64,000 bases of DNA from Cirrosporium novae-zelandiae (taxonomy: Eukaryota), in NCBI GenBank assembly GCA_026023565.1, contig JAPETS010000007.1, positions 310,001-374,000 on the forward strand. Direction: 5' to 3'. Under the pieces are notes generated by a model that saw nothing but the letters and a program-made list of their open reading frames with translations, was not told where the DNA came from and made no database searches. Numbering within the stretch: the first letter of the stretch is position 1; the number at the start of each line of letters is the position of its first letter. Of this stretch, positions 1 through 12,476 are shown piece after piece. The translations under genes were made by a program, and so were the position numbers.

Positions 1-1138
1 AATAATCTCCAACAGCGCACCCTGCAAGCTCAAAACCACCAACGGTGTTGACCTCAGCGAAGGATTGGCCCCATCCAAGTCCCTATCCTTATCCTTTGCC
101 CCAAGCACAAGCACACTGCGAGCTTACATGATTTTTATCGATTTCGACGATGCGTCGGCGGCTAGCGGGGGGGATACCGCCACCACCAGGGAACTATACG
201 ATTACCTCATTCCCGATGCAGCGGACTGGTACGCCAGCTCCTCATTTGGAAAGCTAACGCTTGAGGTTTCGGCTGATTTTTCCCGGGTCTATCGCATGCC
301 CCGCAGGTCGGACAGCTACAGATTTGTGCGGAGGATCAGCAGGGCTGATCATTGCAGGTATATCATGGATGCTCTGGCGGCTGTGGGAAGTAGGATTTCA
401 TTCGCGGGGACGAATGTGCTCTACATCGTGCCCACGAGGAACGCAGTTAATATTCCGTTTTCTCCGATTTATATGGATGCGGTCACGGCTGGTGATGGCA
501 CCGAGGTTGGGCACAGTGTGACGTTTGGCATGGACTTGTACGACAAGTGGGGATATAAGGTGCCCAACCACAAAACCGGGCACGCGATGGGGTTGCCTGA
601 TCTCTATTCATATTCTGGTGGTAGTATTACCCGTTGGGTTGGCGGGTATGATTTGATGGGTTTGATCAGTGGCGGCTCTCCGGACTTTCTTGCCTGGCAT
701 AAATGGAAGCTTGGGTGGTTCTCTGATGACCAGTTCGATTGTGTCGACAAGTACAGTTCCACCACCACTACCACCATCCACACGATCGCACCCGTGGAGC
801 TTGATGCTGGTATCAAGGGCATGGTTGTCAGGGTCAACGAGACTACAGCTGTTGTTGCCGAGGTCCGTTCCAAAAATGGCCTTAACCGTAATGCATTTGA
901 GACTGGTGTCCTCATATATACTCTTGATATCTCGATCGGTTCTGGCTACGGATGTATCGTTGTCCAGGGCGCCAACCCCGGCTCCGACGACGGCTGCAAC
1001 TTCGGTGAGCCCAATCATGCCCCCTTCACCCACGATGGCAATAATACCTTCACTTCTGAGGAGATGGGTGTCACCGTTACCGTCATTGGCCAGGATGGCG
1101 ACAAGCACACTATTGAGGTTGAGGTTGAGGTTGATTAG
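1..1138 (+). CDS. M6-family (immune inhibitor A-like) metallopeptidase-domain protein, 5'-partial; zinc motif altered to HKTGH
   Basis: The frame is open from base 2 (IISNSAPCKLKTTNGVDLSEG...), so the start lies upstream of the window. Motifs MIFIDFDDA, WYASSSFGKL, NHKTGHAMGLPDLY, GGYDLMG and LAWHKWKLGW match M6-domain proteins. No intron is visible in this part. Confidence 0.8.
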   Translation, partial: IISNSAPCKLKTTNGVDLSEGLAPSKSLSLSFAPSTSTLRAYMIFIDFDDASAASGGDTATTRELYDYLIPDAADWYASSSFGKLTLEVSADFSRVYRMPRRSDSYRFVRRISRADHCRYIMDALAAVGSRISFAGTNVLYIVPTRNAVNIPFSPIYMDAVTAGDGTEVGHSVTFGMDLYDKWGYKVPNHKTGHAMGLPDLYSYSGGSITRWVGGYDLMGLISGGSPDFLAWHKWKLGWFSDDQFDCVDKYSSTTTTTIHTIAPVELDAGIKGMVVRVNETTAVVAEVRSKNGLNRNAFETGVLIYTLDISIGSGYGCIVVQGANPGSDDGCNFGEPNHAPFTHDGNNTFTSEEMGVTVTVIGQDGDKHTIEVEVEVD

Positions 1139-2514
1139 CTAAATAGCATCAAAGTTGGGGGGATTAGCCTTGATTTGGTAGTGGTCTGAGGAAATTCTGG
1201 TAGGCGGAAAGAGGGGGAGAGCTGGCTGTAGATATGAAACATACAACAGGAGCGGTCGTCATACTCAACCCTAGCAATGAGAACTATTTCAAGTATATCT
1301 ACATATAAGTATGGGGCAAGGATCTAAACAAATCGAGCAAAAAAAATTTCATGTAAAACGGATGGAATAGAAAAAGTATTACAAGTATAAGAAGAGGGAA
1401 TTATCGATCGTAAATAATAGCTTTAAAATAGCTGCCCACTGGCTTGACAGAGGAACCTTTTGTTTTAGTTGAATTTTATTTAAGGTAAATACCTAGGTAG
1501 ACATTTGTAGTAGTTACAATGTACGATTGCGTAGAAGGTAGGAGGTAGGAGGAATTCTTGGTATTGTTATAATCACGTGCTGCCAAGGAAGATTAGACGC
1601 CGGTCGGGGGAACTGGGCGTGCTTGGCATCCGTTGAGAGGATTCAGACATAGTCAACAGAACAAAAGTATCTGTACATTGCAAATATACAAAATATGTAT
1701 ATAATTCTACTCCATATTCTTGGTTTGAAGAGAAAGAGAGAAAAAATATATGTAGAAACCAATAGAGGGGGAAAAAAACACCTATAGACCTCTCTTCTTC
1801 CCTCCTTAATCCTCTTAAAATAAAAAGGAGAAAAATAATTATATGAAAAAAAAAAAACTGAAGCCATTACTACTAAAATGACCCTTTCCTCACTCTCCCT
1901 CGACATCTGTGGCGCACCTTGGCCCCCCATCGCTCTCACATACTAGTACGAAGGCTTCCTTTCTGCAGAAGATGGGGATATCAAAAGAGGGGTTGTGTGT
2001 GTGCTGGAGGCTGAAACGACAAAACAACTTATAAAGGAAATGTTTAAATAGCATTGTTATCGTTCATCGTATAAGGGTCATGCGTACATGATCGTCCATG
2101 GTCAAAAGTTAAAGAGGGGAATCCAATAATTGTAAGCTAACTGATAAACTTCCCCTAGCTATTTCTTACACTTGCCGACGACAGAAACAATAATTTCATT
2201 CAAAGTTCCACCCAGAGATGATCGAGTTGTGGAGATGGAAGATAAAGCAAAATCTGAACGTGATATCGATCATTGGAGTGCAAGTGTAAATTGTTGATTT
2301 AACATTACTATCCACTCCCTTCCTCGACTCTCAACAGGGTATCCCAAAAATCGTACACCCTATTTCCGTGACCAATGAGCAAGGAGTTCCATGTGTTAAA
2401 CTTAGTTATAGTAGAAGATGTAAAAGAGAAAGTGGATGAGGAGAAAGGGCGAAGGATTGAGATGGGGAAGAAGACGTAAATTACAAGGAACATGGATATC
2501 GTACAATGTGCATG

Positions 2515-2805
2515 CTAGTCCTGCAGGACGTGCTGTTCCACATCAACCTGGTATACATCCAACATTTCGTCGATAGCATATACGTGAACCATTCCCTGAT
2601 GGCAATAAATTTCGAATTTCTCACCGTTGTCGTCACTGCCGTCTCTTTGGGTATCGGATATACCGAGTTGGTCCTGGAGATATTTCATACAGAAAGCATT
2701 GGCGTTTTCGAGGGAGCGATACACGCCGAGAATCCTGGTGGTGGAGTCGTTTTCTTGAGGAATGGTGAAGAGGTTCACGATGTAAATAAAATTTTCAGAA
2801 GGCAT
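2515..2805 (-). CDS. small acidic hypothetical protein (96 aa)
   Basis: ATG-to-TAG ORF with globular, protein-like composition (ILGVYRSLENANAFC...). No family recognised. Confidence 0.5.
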   Translation of the reverse strand: MPSENFIYIVNLFTIPQENDSTTRILGVYRSLENANAFCMKYLQDQLGISDTQRDGSDDNGEKFEIYCHQGMVHVYAIDEMLDVYQVDVEQHVLQD

Positions 2806-3479
2806 GGCTGCGGGGGAGGGGGGTTAATGAAAGAGTGACAATATTGGATAATAAGTAAATTTGTCTCGGGGCTTTTTTTCTCTTTCTCTTTTTCTCTTTT
2901 TCTCTTCTCTTCTCTTTTCTTTTTGATACGAGAAAGCGGCGGAAGCTGATAGCATAGATGGGTCTTATGTGAAGTCATGGACTCTGACAAAGGAGTTTAA
3001 ATCAGGCTCAGTCTGGTCACTTTATGAGAAAATTGGCACCAGAGTCGTGGAAAGTATTAGTTGTAAAATGGAAGAAAGGTCCATCCATGCTTGGCTGGAT
3101 TTGGATAGATGGCATGTGGGATTATGCAAGATACAGCAAATAATGGTGTAATTCATATTCCTGGATTGTACAAGTATACCTATCCGGCGCATAATTACTC
3201 GATGCATCTGAACTAGCCAATTAGCTTTCTGGTTTAATTATTCCTCCCTGCTGGCGTGGGTCATGCGTGTGCAGTTCAGGGAGATCTGTCAATGTCCTTT
3301 GCGGTATTCTGTTCCGAACCATTCTCTGCTGAATTGCTATCTGGCATTTGGTCACCTTTGGATACATTAGCCGCAAGTATGATGTCACAATCAAGGTACA
3401 AGCTTTTTTGGTCTTAGTTATGTTTAAGGGTGGGGAATATAATAATATCATTGGCTCGGTTTTGGCTTCCGCTCCGCCC

Positions 3480-3702
3480 TTGTTCTGTTCTTCTGTATTC
3501 TGTCTTCTGTCTTCTGTCTATTCTGTCACATCTGTCACCTAACGACAGACCGACTACTTCACCTTCCAAAGGGAAAATATCAGAGTTCGAATGTATCAGG
3601 AGTCCATCAAATAAGAATCGCTTCATGGCCTGATGCCAAGGTTTAGCAACTAACAGCTCTAGTCTATAGATTCAAGTAGCTCTAGTAGCTCTAGTAGCTC
3701 TA
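3480..3702. repeat. short tandem/low-complexity repeats
   Basis: Imperfect (TTCTGT)n at ~3480-3535 and (GTAGCTCTA)x3 at ~3676-3702. Confidence 0.6.
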
Positions 3703-4273
3703 AACCTTTGCGACCCTTGGAGACCCTTGTAGATGCTGTGGCGACCTTTTTTCGTCTTTGCGACTGTAGATACCGTAGATACCACACTTCAAATATCTAC
3801 CTCTCTCTCTCGGTAGTAGTAGTAGTCATTAGAACTGATCCAGTTACAACGTGTTGAAATTCTTTAGCGTTTGTTAGTAGCCTTAGCCATATTGGGACCT
3901 GACGTCCACATCACCATCTTCACGTCCTTCATACTTGACCTGGAGCTGCTGTACGATATTCATTCTTGTAAACCAACCGCGCGCTGAGTTTTCGCCCTAG
4001 GAATTTGAAGCTAGTCCCATAGCAGCATCTATCGCTGTATCTTGGAAATGACGTTCCATAGAACCCAAGAGGGTTGAAAAAAAAATCCCCCTCATGCCTT
4101 GCTGTTATCGGAGGGCTTCTCAACCCCATGTCCACCGGCTCTCTCTCCTCAATACCTGACATCGCCATCCAAGCCAATATCCATTCGTTCGTATCAACCC
4201 CGAAACAATTATTTATTCCATTTCAGTCCTTACATTCGGTCCCTTTTGGGACACTCTTCAAGTTCGCCTCATC

Positions 4274-7159
4274 ATGTCCGGACGACGCCAACGCCATGAT
4301 AACGACTCCGCTGATGCCGGAGGTCTGAGGAAACAACACTCTTCGTCTTCGTCCTCGTCCGTGCTTCTACGGCAAGAGAAGGATCTGATTGTGCCCACAT
4401 CGTCGTCGAATCCCTCCGAAGTTCGCCGCCCCTCTTTGCACGCCGCGCACTCCGTCCATGGTTTACCCACTCTACCCGGACCCTCAGGAAAATTGGCCAT
4501 CCCCCGTTTACGACGACCGGGTGAACCATCAACCGAGGGGCAGAAGGAAAAGCAACGTGTGAGCCATGCCTGTGAGCCTTGTCGCCAGAGAAAAACCAAG
4601 TGTAGTGGAGATGTTCCATCATGTAGGCATTGTCAAGAATTTAATCTTGAATGCTATTATGCTGATGGCAAACGTGATAAACAGAAGAAGTAAGTGTGTC
4701 AAGACCCTTGTATATTAATAGATTTACTGAAAGCTTTGCCAGGGAATTCGGTTCCATGGCTGATCGCCTTCATGAATACGAATCCATTCTCCAGGAACTC
4801 TGCAATCGAGTTGACGTCTCCGATCAGGTTCTTATTCGGAATGCTTTAAGCAAAGTAGGACCTCTTTAACTGGTAGTGATATATCATGCTGAACCCTGCA
4901 AGGGATCTACTAGCGAGATAACTACCCCATCGATCTATGGGACTCAGATACCTTCGAGCTCTCAAGAGTCTTTGCCCTCTGAAGGAGAAGAAAGACAGGC
5001 ACCCGCTAGGATAGGCTCCACCGGATCTCTAGATGCTATTACGGAAGACTTCAGTGCCACCGAACAGTCTCGCGCGACCGGATTTACTGGGAAACATTCG
5101 GAAAGATCATGGATGCGCAGACTGCAGGAACAAGCATCACAGGGTCAACTTGGCCCGGCAGTTGCCAGCACAGAGCCTCAACTGGTTTCTAGCACTCCCT
5201 CTCCTGCTCAGGTGCCTGCTTTTCACAGAACATCGTCGGAGGAGAGCCTGTACGCGAAAGGACCAAACTATAATACCGACGATATTGAAATCGAGATACC
5301 CGATGAAGTAGACCCTTACGATATTCCTTCCCGAGATGTTGCGGTGAATCTCTTCAGCAGTTATCTCGAGACAGTTCAAGCCACATTTCCTGTTATCGGA
5401 AAAATTGACTTCATCAGACAATTTTATCGCTTTATAGATCGACCTTCGACTGAACCTGGTACCAAATGGCTGGCAATCCTTAACCTGATATTCGCCATCG
5501 GGGCCAAATACCTTCAGGTAACGACGCAGTTGCGGGATCCAGAGGACAAACGAGGGCATCAAATATATTTCAAAAGGGCACGAATGCTTGCATTGACTGG
5601 ACATTCGTTGCTGAAACACCCCGATCTTCAGCAAATTCAGATAACAGCTTTGATGTCTTTCTATCTTCTGACCGTGAATCAAATTAATAGGTAAGAGCCT
5701 GGAAGTTAACAGCAAAAAATATATCTAAAATGATGTCAGGGCATGGCATTTCAGCGGTCTTGCTGTTCGATATGCCATAAGTTTGGGGTTGCACAAACGC
5801 AATGACAACCCTTCCATTAAGCCCCATCGGAAAGAAATTCGATATCGACTCTGGTGGTCTTTATATGCTCTGGAGCGTACGGTTAATATTATAACCGGCC
5901 GCCCCACTGCAATTATGGATTTAGACTGCGCAGTACCATTTCCGGTCCCCTTCGAGGAGGAGACCTTCTTTCCAGACGCCAAGGGCCAAATAAAGAGGGA
6001 TATCCGTAATAACATAGATCCCAAATCATCCTCCTCCTTCAATCAGTATCCCGAAGGCTTATCTACGTCCGTTAGACCAACAAGGAAGCCAGGGCCTAGC
6101 CATTCATCGAAAATCCGCTCAATATCTCCACTTAGGCTTTACGCGTGGACTGTCGAGCCTAATCCATCGCTTGCTTTTGTGTTCCAAGTTCGACTTTGTA
6201 TGATCGCACATGAGACGATGCGTGATATATATAGTGCGGACGTAATGAACCATTTCTGGAGCGATGTGCAATCTGCAATTCGCGAACTTAGTGAGAGGTT
6301 GGAAGAATGGAAGAAGGCTGTTCCACCTGCCTTGCAAATTGCGGGACCACAACATGGTGAACACAATGCTCAGATGTTCCGTCTCAAAATGGGATTAGCG
6401 CTATTCTACTACAGCATGAAGATGATCATTAATCGTCCATGTCTCTGCCAAATCTCGCCTCGCATGCCCCACGAATCGAGAAAGTCAAGGGAATTCAATT
6501 TAGCAGCGGCCGTGAATTGCGTACGAGCAGCACAAGGATTGATAGATATCTTGCCAGACGTCCCAGATGCTGCTTTGTTGTATAAGGCTTCGCCATGGTG
6601 GAACATATTGGAATATTTGGTTCAAGCAGCCACAGTGCTAATGCTGGAGTTATCTTCTGGGGCATCTCACCTGCCCAACGAGACAGACGACTTGCTAAAT
6701 ACAGCAAAAAAGGCAGTTCTCTGGCTCCATTCACTGACAAGAGAGAATCTAGCAGCTACTCGTGCATGGAAGATGTCTGCTGATATGCTTCGGTTAGTTG
6801 CACACAAGATCGGCCAGGAGATCCATAATATGCCAGAACGTCCACTATCAGATGAAGGCTTATCACAATGTGAACAAACAAATCCCACACCTGGAGTGTT
6901 TCCTGACGTTGATGCTGAGCAGCACAACCGGAATATGCCGAGTCTTAAACTAAACCCTAGTGGCGTAGAAATTCCTGAATTCATTTTTTTCGGTGGATCG
7001 CAGGGATTTGAGCCATATTCTTTTCATCATCCAATTTACACGATTTATGATAATTGGATGCCATATTCTTATTTTCCTTCTGGACAAGGTAATATTATGC
7101 ATCCGCCCCCGATCGGGATGGACATAGATGACGGCAACCTTGATGAACTAATGGACTGA
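4274..7159 (+). CDS. Zn(II)2Cys6 fungal transcription factor with fungal-specific TF middle domain; 4 exons (4274-4689, 4743-4854, 4903-5690, 5740-7159)
   Basis: ACEPCRQRKTKCSGDVPSCRHCQEFNLEC cluster; AISLGLH...RYRLWWSLYALER..GRP middle-region motif. GT..AG introns 4690-4742, 4855-4902 and 5691-5739 join the frames without stops. Confidence 0.93.
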
Positions 7160-8685
7160 AAATCGCGATATGTCGCAACAAGGCCTATTAATTCGGTATG
7201 CATGCTGGAATTTGTTTCGGAAGCCCAACTTTGATTGAAATATCAGCCAAATATTTCAAGGGTGTCATGGATCCATTGTTGAGAAAAGTGTAGTCGGCTA
7301 GGTTTCCAGGCCTTTTTCATAGCAGGGAAATATTTGAACGCGCTTAATTGATGTAAAAGGGGTCAGCGAGAACTAGATGGATGCACGGGACACGAGTACA
7401 TGACCTTGGTGATCTAGGCTTTTGATGGCTCTAGAGATTTGTGGGGCATGATTTCTGCTTTCGGGATTGATGGAAGATGATAATTTATGATTCGGATAGC
7501 CATAAATTCGATTAAATGGTCTGTGTATCCCGAGGAGAGCCGAGCAGACAAGCCGGCTTTTAGTATACAATTGTTCGACCGCTGGATCAGGCACTGCTGT
7601 ACTGCCTTGTTGTAACTTATAGGGCTCCTTATCAAGGAGCATTAGGTATCACATGTTATATGCTGACTGGCGGTCCCGTAGTGCGGTGATTGCTGTTGGC
7701 ACACAGTATTAATGTCGCTGCCATGGAAGAAATGCGGAGGGGGCGTAAGAGCAGAATAATAGAGTGAAAATGAAACAGAAGCCCTTGTGTCAATTTACCC
7801 GCCCTGAATGATCGATGGCTCTAGAGAGGTCGATGCAAATTTGGTTGTTGTTCTTGGAAAGTTGTTGTCTTGTGTCCCCTCTCCAAATCTGATCGACAAA
7901 GAACAGGACTGAAGAACATGCGTAGAGGGCATTGCAAAAGAGATGGGTGTGCATGTTCAGGTTAACAAGTCCCAAGGGATTGCTTCAGGATTGGAGGCTA
8001 ATAAGAAATCGTACCGGGTTTAGGGATGATTTGAGTGAGGATAGAAAGTTGAAGAAGAGGGGAAAGCTAGTCGGTATTGATTCCTTTAACTGAAGGCTAT
8101 TGTGTCGCAAGTGTGGGAAGAGAGAGATAGTTGAGGGCAGGCAGACTTGGGAGGGTCGGAAGCAGCCACGAAATTCCGATTGTTTATTGGTCGGGTAATT
8201 GACCCGGCCAATCAAATCGTCCCATTAGCGGTATCAAAATCATCAAAGACGTTCTAAAATATAGTAAAGTATTTGAACTTCGTGAATGAGGCTTTCATCC
8301 TCCTTTATTCACTTTTCATATGTGATAAAAAAAATAATGCTAACGGCAGAGCCTTTCTGAGATTGGTGACATGCATTTAAAAAAAGAGTCATTTGATCAT
8401 GTAGATAGATACACCATGTTTTGCTTTCTGTCTGCTTTTCATTCAGTTTCATCATATTATTACCCTTAATAGAATAGAAGCCCGTGGTCTAAATCGCCTT
8501 GATCCACTAGGTTCTGGGATTCAGTAATCATGACAATTCTCCGACTCTTCCCATTAAGGTATAAAGCGCCAGTTCCTGGAAGAGCTTATCCACCAACACG
8601 GTGCCATTCCACCGTTGCTTAGAAGCGCCATAAAAAATCACTAAATATTCCTCCCCCGCCCGAAACTAAGAAGCAAACAAATCAG

Positions 8686-9693
8686 TTACGAGAAAAAGAC
8701 GAGGCCATCGAAATCTATTGGAGCTATCCCTACGGATGGATTGTCATGAGAATTTGAAATATCCACATTATCACGTTGGATGTGTAGCCCTACCTCGTCC
8801 ACCTTCAAGTCAAAAGGTGCCGTCTCACTATCAACCATTGGTTTTACCAGACTGGGCGTTCTTGCTTGGCTCGGGCTTCTACTCAGCATACTTTCCCCTT
8901 CCGATAAAGACACAACCGAGTTGTGAGTTGTTGAGGCAGCAATGAACGCAGCCTGCGATCGAAGATAACCACTAATAGACTCACAGCCGCAATTAACATG
9001 CCTCAGGAGTTCTTCCTTCAAACCCATGACATCATGCGTAAGTTGCATCGCGTACATTGCTAGGGAATCGTGTTCCGATTTTAGCAACCGACATTTTTCC
9101 TCGAGCTGTTCCGTCCACTGCTTCTTCTTCGCCCGACATTTGCTTGCCGCTAATCTATTCTTTTCTAAAAATCTTTGTCGTTGCTCGTCTTCAATTGGGC
9201 TGTTCTGCTTTCCGGCTTCCCCCTTTGTCAATCTCGACATGCGCTGTCGCTTGCGAGGAGGTTGGGCATGGTCATATTGTTGGATATCTAATACGTCTTC
9301 CGGAGTTGGAATGTTATGTTTATCATCGAGGAGGCTGCTTTGACCATACTTTTTGATATGACCTAGCCCCAGTCCCTGATCTGCGGTGTTGTAAGCTTGT
9401 GGATTGCTTATTGTATCGTCTCCAGGGTATGTGCCTGCATAAAGGTTGCCAGGGGAATAACTTTGTGATAAATATTTTTTTGGTGACATTGGGGCATCAG
9501 ACACGGCCACAGGATTGATATGTTGCATTGAAGAATCAAAGTCAGGAGAGCTAGGTTCGTTGGAATATGCAGCCCATGAGTGCTCTGCATCCCTAGCTTC
9601 ATAATAGGCTTGCTGATCAGGTTGAAATTGGGGGCTGTCTTGTATTGGTCTTTTGCCAAGACCACTTGGTGTCTTAGGGGCCATCTGAGCCAT
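8686..9693 (-). CDS. ATF/CREB-type bZIP transcription factor (Atf21/AtfB-like)
   Basis: RQRFLEKNRLAASKCRAKKKQW basic region, then a leucine zipper ending LLRHVNCGCESISGYL. A 5' exon or UTR intron upstream is possible. Confidence 0.88.
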   Translation of the reverse strand: MAQMAPKTPSGLGKRPIQDSPQFQPDQQAYYEARDAEHSWAAYSNEPSSPDFDSSMQHINPVAVSDAPMSPKKYLSQSYSPGNLYAGTYPGDDTISNPQAYNTADQGLGLGHIKKYGQSSLLDDKHNIPTPEDVLDIQQYDHAQPPRKRQRMSRLTKGEAGKQNSPIEDEQRQRFLEKNRLAASKCRAKKKQWTEQLEEKCRLLKSEHDSLAMYAMQLTHDVMGLKEELLRHVNCGCESISGYLRSQAAFIAASTTHNSVVSLSEGESMLSRSPSQARTPSLVKPMVDSETAPFDLKVDEVGLHIQRDNVDISNSHDNPSVGIAPIDFDGLVFFS

Positions 9694-10271
9694 GAATTGA
9701 GAGAGGGGAAAATAATTTGAACGACGTTGATGTGGACAAGACAGCCTAGGTCACTTGTACCCATCAGACTGATATTCAGATAAGAACACTAAACGGCAGT
9801 AGAAAATAAATATGCTCTCGAATGGGAGGGTGGGTCTCACCTTTTTGAGTATAGCTTCCCAGTAATACTATCAAGGCTCAACCACCCCACTAAAATAATC
9901 CTTTCTGGGTCTTGCAATGAGAATATCTGCGCAGTCTCCGACCCAAGAACCCTGAAAACGGTATCATTAATCGGAAGTATATGTTCGGCCCTTGTTGGTC
10001 TGACTTGTGAAGAATGAGAGTTAAGAAGGTGTTCTCGAGCTTTCGCTGCAGCTCTTGCTTATGCTGAACAAACTATTATACTTCAACCAACACTGGAGTG
10101 CTATGAATATATGAAGAGGTCAACTGGGAGTTAGAGGAATGACAACAATGTCGAGGACTAGGCGTTTGATATACAAAAATGGTGTGGGAGCACGGCAAGG
10201 TGAATCCCATCGAAGGCAAGGGATCGCGCAGACAATTAATAATGGGATCTAGACTCGTCTCTAGTTTAGTG

Positions 10272-10279
10272 TGACGTCA
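10272..10279. promoter_or_regulatory. CRE palindrome TGACGTCA upstream of the bZIP gene
   Basis: Exact ATF/CREB consensus ~580 bp upstream of the bZIP ATG. Confidence 0.4.
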
Positions 10280-11456
10280 AAAAAATAATGGCACGGTATT
10301 GCACGGATTGTAAGCGAAGCAATTGATATTCTTAAATATTGCGGCGAGAATCATTACGCTTAATAGCTAACAGCGATATAGCCTTGCGAGCCGCGGAAGT
10401 GGAGGGAGGCAAAAAAGAGGGTCAGTGAGATCTGCTTCTTGAGTTGAAAATGTGGAGGTTTGTAAGGATTGAAGTGAAGATATCAAGAGCGAATAACAAC
10501 AGCAGTGGCTAGGCTTTGTCCGGACATATTTCAAGATGCAAGTGTTTAAAATATGGTAATGACGGAAATCGAGTCCACCCAACCAGGTAGAAGAAGAAAG
10601 ATCGAATCTTTAAATGGGAAAAGAAGTTTGGGTCGTTTGGAGGTGTTTTTATTGACCGGGGGATTGGTCAGAATCCATAGGTCCGGAATCAGGTCCCAGC
10701 CAATGAGGGCAAAGTGCTTACTGGTATGTTCGCCATCTCCTTCTCGGACGATAGGACCCCTCCATTTGCATGTGAGTTGCTCATCTACCTAGTCAACAAA
10801 TAATCATTAACACAACAATTGTAAAAAATGATCAAAGGGAATAGATTATTAACTGATAATTATATCTACCTTATATTGTCAATTTGCTCGTCCTCTTTCT
10901 TAATAATTAACTAACAGCGTCAGAAACCCTTTAATCTCCACATGGTTTTTTTTTCACATTTGTTATTCAACCTGTCATCGCTAATGTATAACATCATAAT
11001 GCTAAGGTAACTGGTTCTGCTTACCATTTGACCGGTAGCATAATTATACAGTGAGCAACTACCTTGTTTCGTCTCGCTCTCATGTTAGGTTCCTGGGGGG
11101 GGGGGGGGAACAACATAGTCCTACGGTGACCCTTGGGTGTTTGATATCCTTGACCTTGATGACAGAATAATCCCCGTGGGGAATTCATGGCGCGTTCTGC
11201 TGTCATTTTGTATTCATGTTAACCAAAGACTGTATTCTATAGCTCCCTATGCGTTCATTCATTGAACTCCCGCCACCGTATAATCTAATTCGACACCAAC
11301 ATTCGCACTTAGCAAAGCTTTGGATACCCCTCCACAACGCCATTGATTCATATTTCGAATCCAGCGATGGTCAACATGCCAACCAAGGTGTTGAATTCCA
11401 GCTCTTGAAATAAGGTCGAGGGCGTGCTCGTTTAGTTACCGGGGAAATAAATAAAA

Positions 11457-12476
11457 CTGTCTGCTTACCATCCCAATCTAACTGCTCAGCCTTTCGACGT
11501 TAAAGGGAAAGGGGCTCTGGCATAGGTCTGATGGCAACACGGGTGCTTACATTTATAGGCATAACTCCTGTTCTAGACCTTCAACATCGATTTAGCTAAA
11601 CCCAACTAATTCCATCCCTCCTTCAAAAATAGCGCAAAAGTCTACATCTGTGGTCATACCGAACGAGTTGCCGAGCTGTACAACAGAGATATCACCGGGG
11701 AAATCATCCCTCTTCGGGTTATCGTCTCAAAAAAAAGCTGAATATCATTCACCTAGCCATTGGGATACGCTCTCGTGGGAGATACCTCTGCATTCTGATC
11801 AATAATGGCGCTATAGAGCGAAAACGTAGAGGGATTTAAAAAGGATCTGTTTGACCCGGTGAATACTACCTCTGAGGGGTGGAAGAAGTCGTATAGGGTT
11901 AATGCACCACAGAGATATTTTATAATGACAGCATTCTTGCTACTATTGCAGTAGGCGACCAACCGTCAGTACGGGTATCCGGGGATAGTGATTCATACCA
12001 CGTATGTTGTGTTCCGGATGAACTTCCCCATCTTGATTTTTTTTTCCGCCTAGTAGGATGATGTTGACTATATATTATCGCGGCTTCTTCATCTCTGGTG
12101 TAACTAACCGTAGTTAGAATTTACTTTGCGTATAACGCTTCCAAAGCCCCGGCTAATCACCTCACTAAGATGCTTGCCTCTGAACTCTCTAACAAAGGTC
12201 TTAAGATCTGTATAAATGCAATTAGACCAGACATCTTTCTATCCAAAATGGCAGCAGAGGAGAGCAGAGAGGAAGGGCGATCTACCATTATAGCGGCCTG
12301 GGAACGATAGGAATATTGCCAATGCGGTACTTTTTACCGTGGCGTATCAATAATTGAATGGATAGAGTGGTAAGTCGATAGATGACGGTGGTGCCTGTGT
12401 AATTGATCTGCTGACATTGATGTAACTACTCTAGCCGCCGTTGATGGCGGGTATTTGCTGGCGATTGGGTACCTAG
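11457..12476 (+). pseudogene. decayed short-chain dehydrogenase/reductase (SDR) gene
   Basis: Hand translation across frames gives FDVKGK / GSGIGLMAT (VALVTG-type segment missing), AKVYICG..ERVAELYNRDITGEIIPL, YLCILINN, TAFLLLLQ*, YFAYNASKA (YxxxK at 12131-12145), INAIRPDIFLSKM, RPGNDRNIANAVLF...Q*LNG* and AVDGGY. Intron relics, frameshifts and stops are present, and there is no ATG. Confidence 0.88.

Noticed and set aside
7373..8215. Possible small spliced gene on the minus strand; 14-bp direct repeat GATGGCTCTAGAGA
   Set aside because: No convincing protein similarity, and the repeat is short and isolated.
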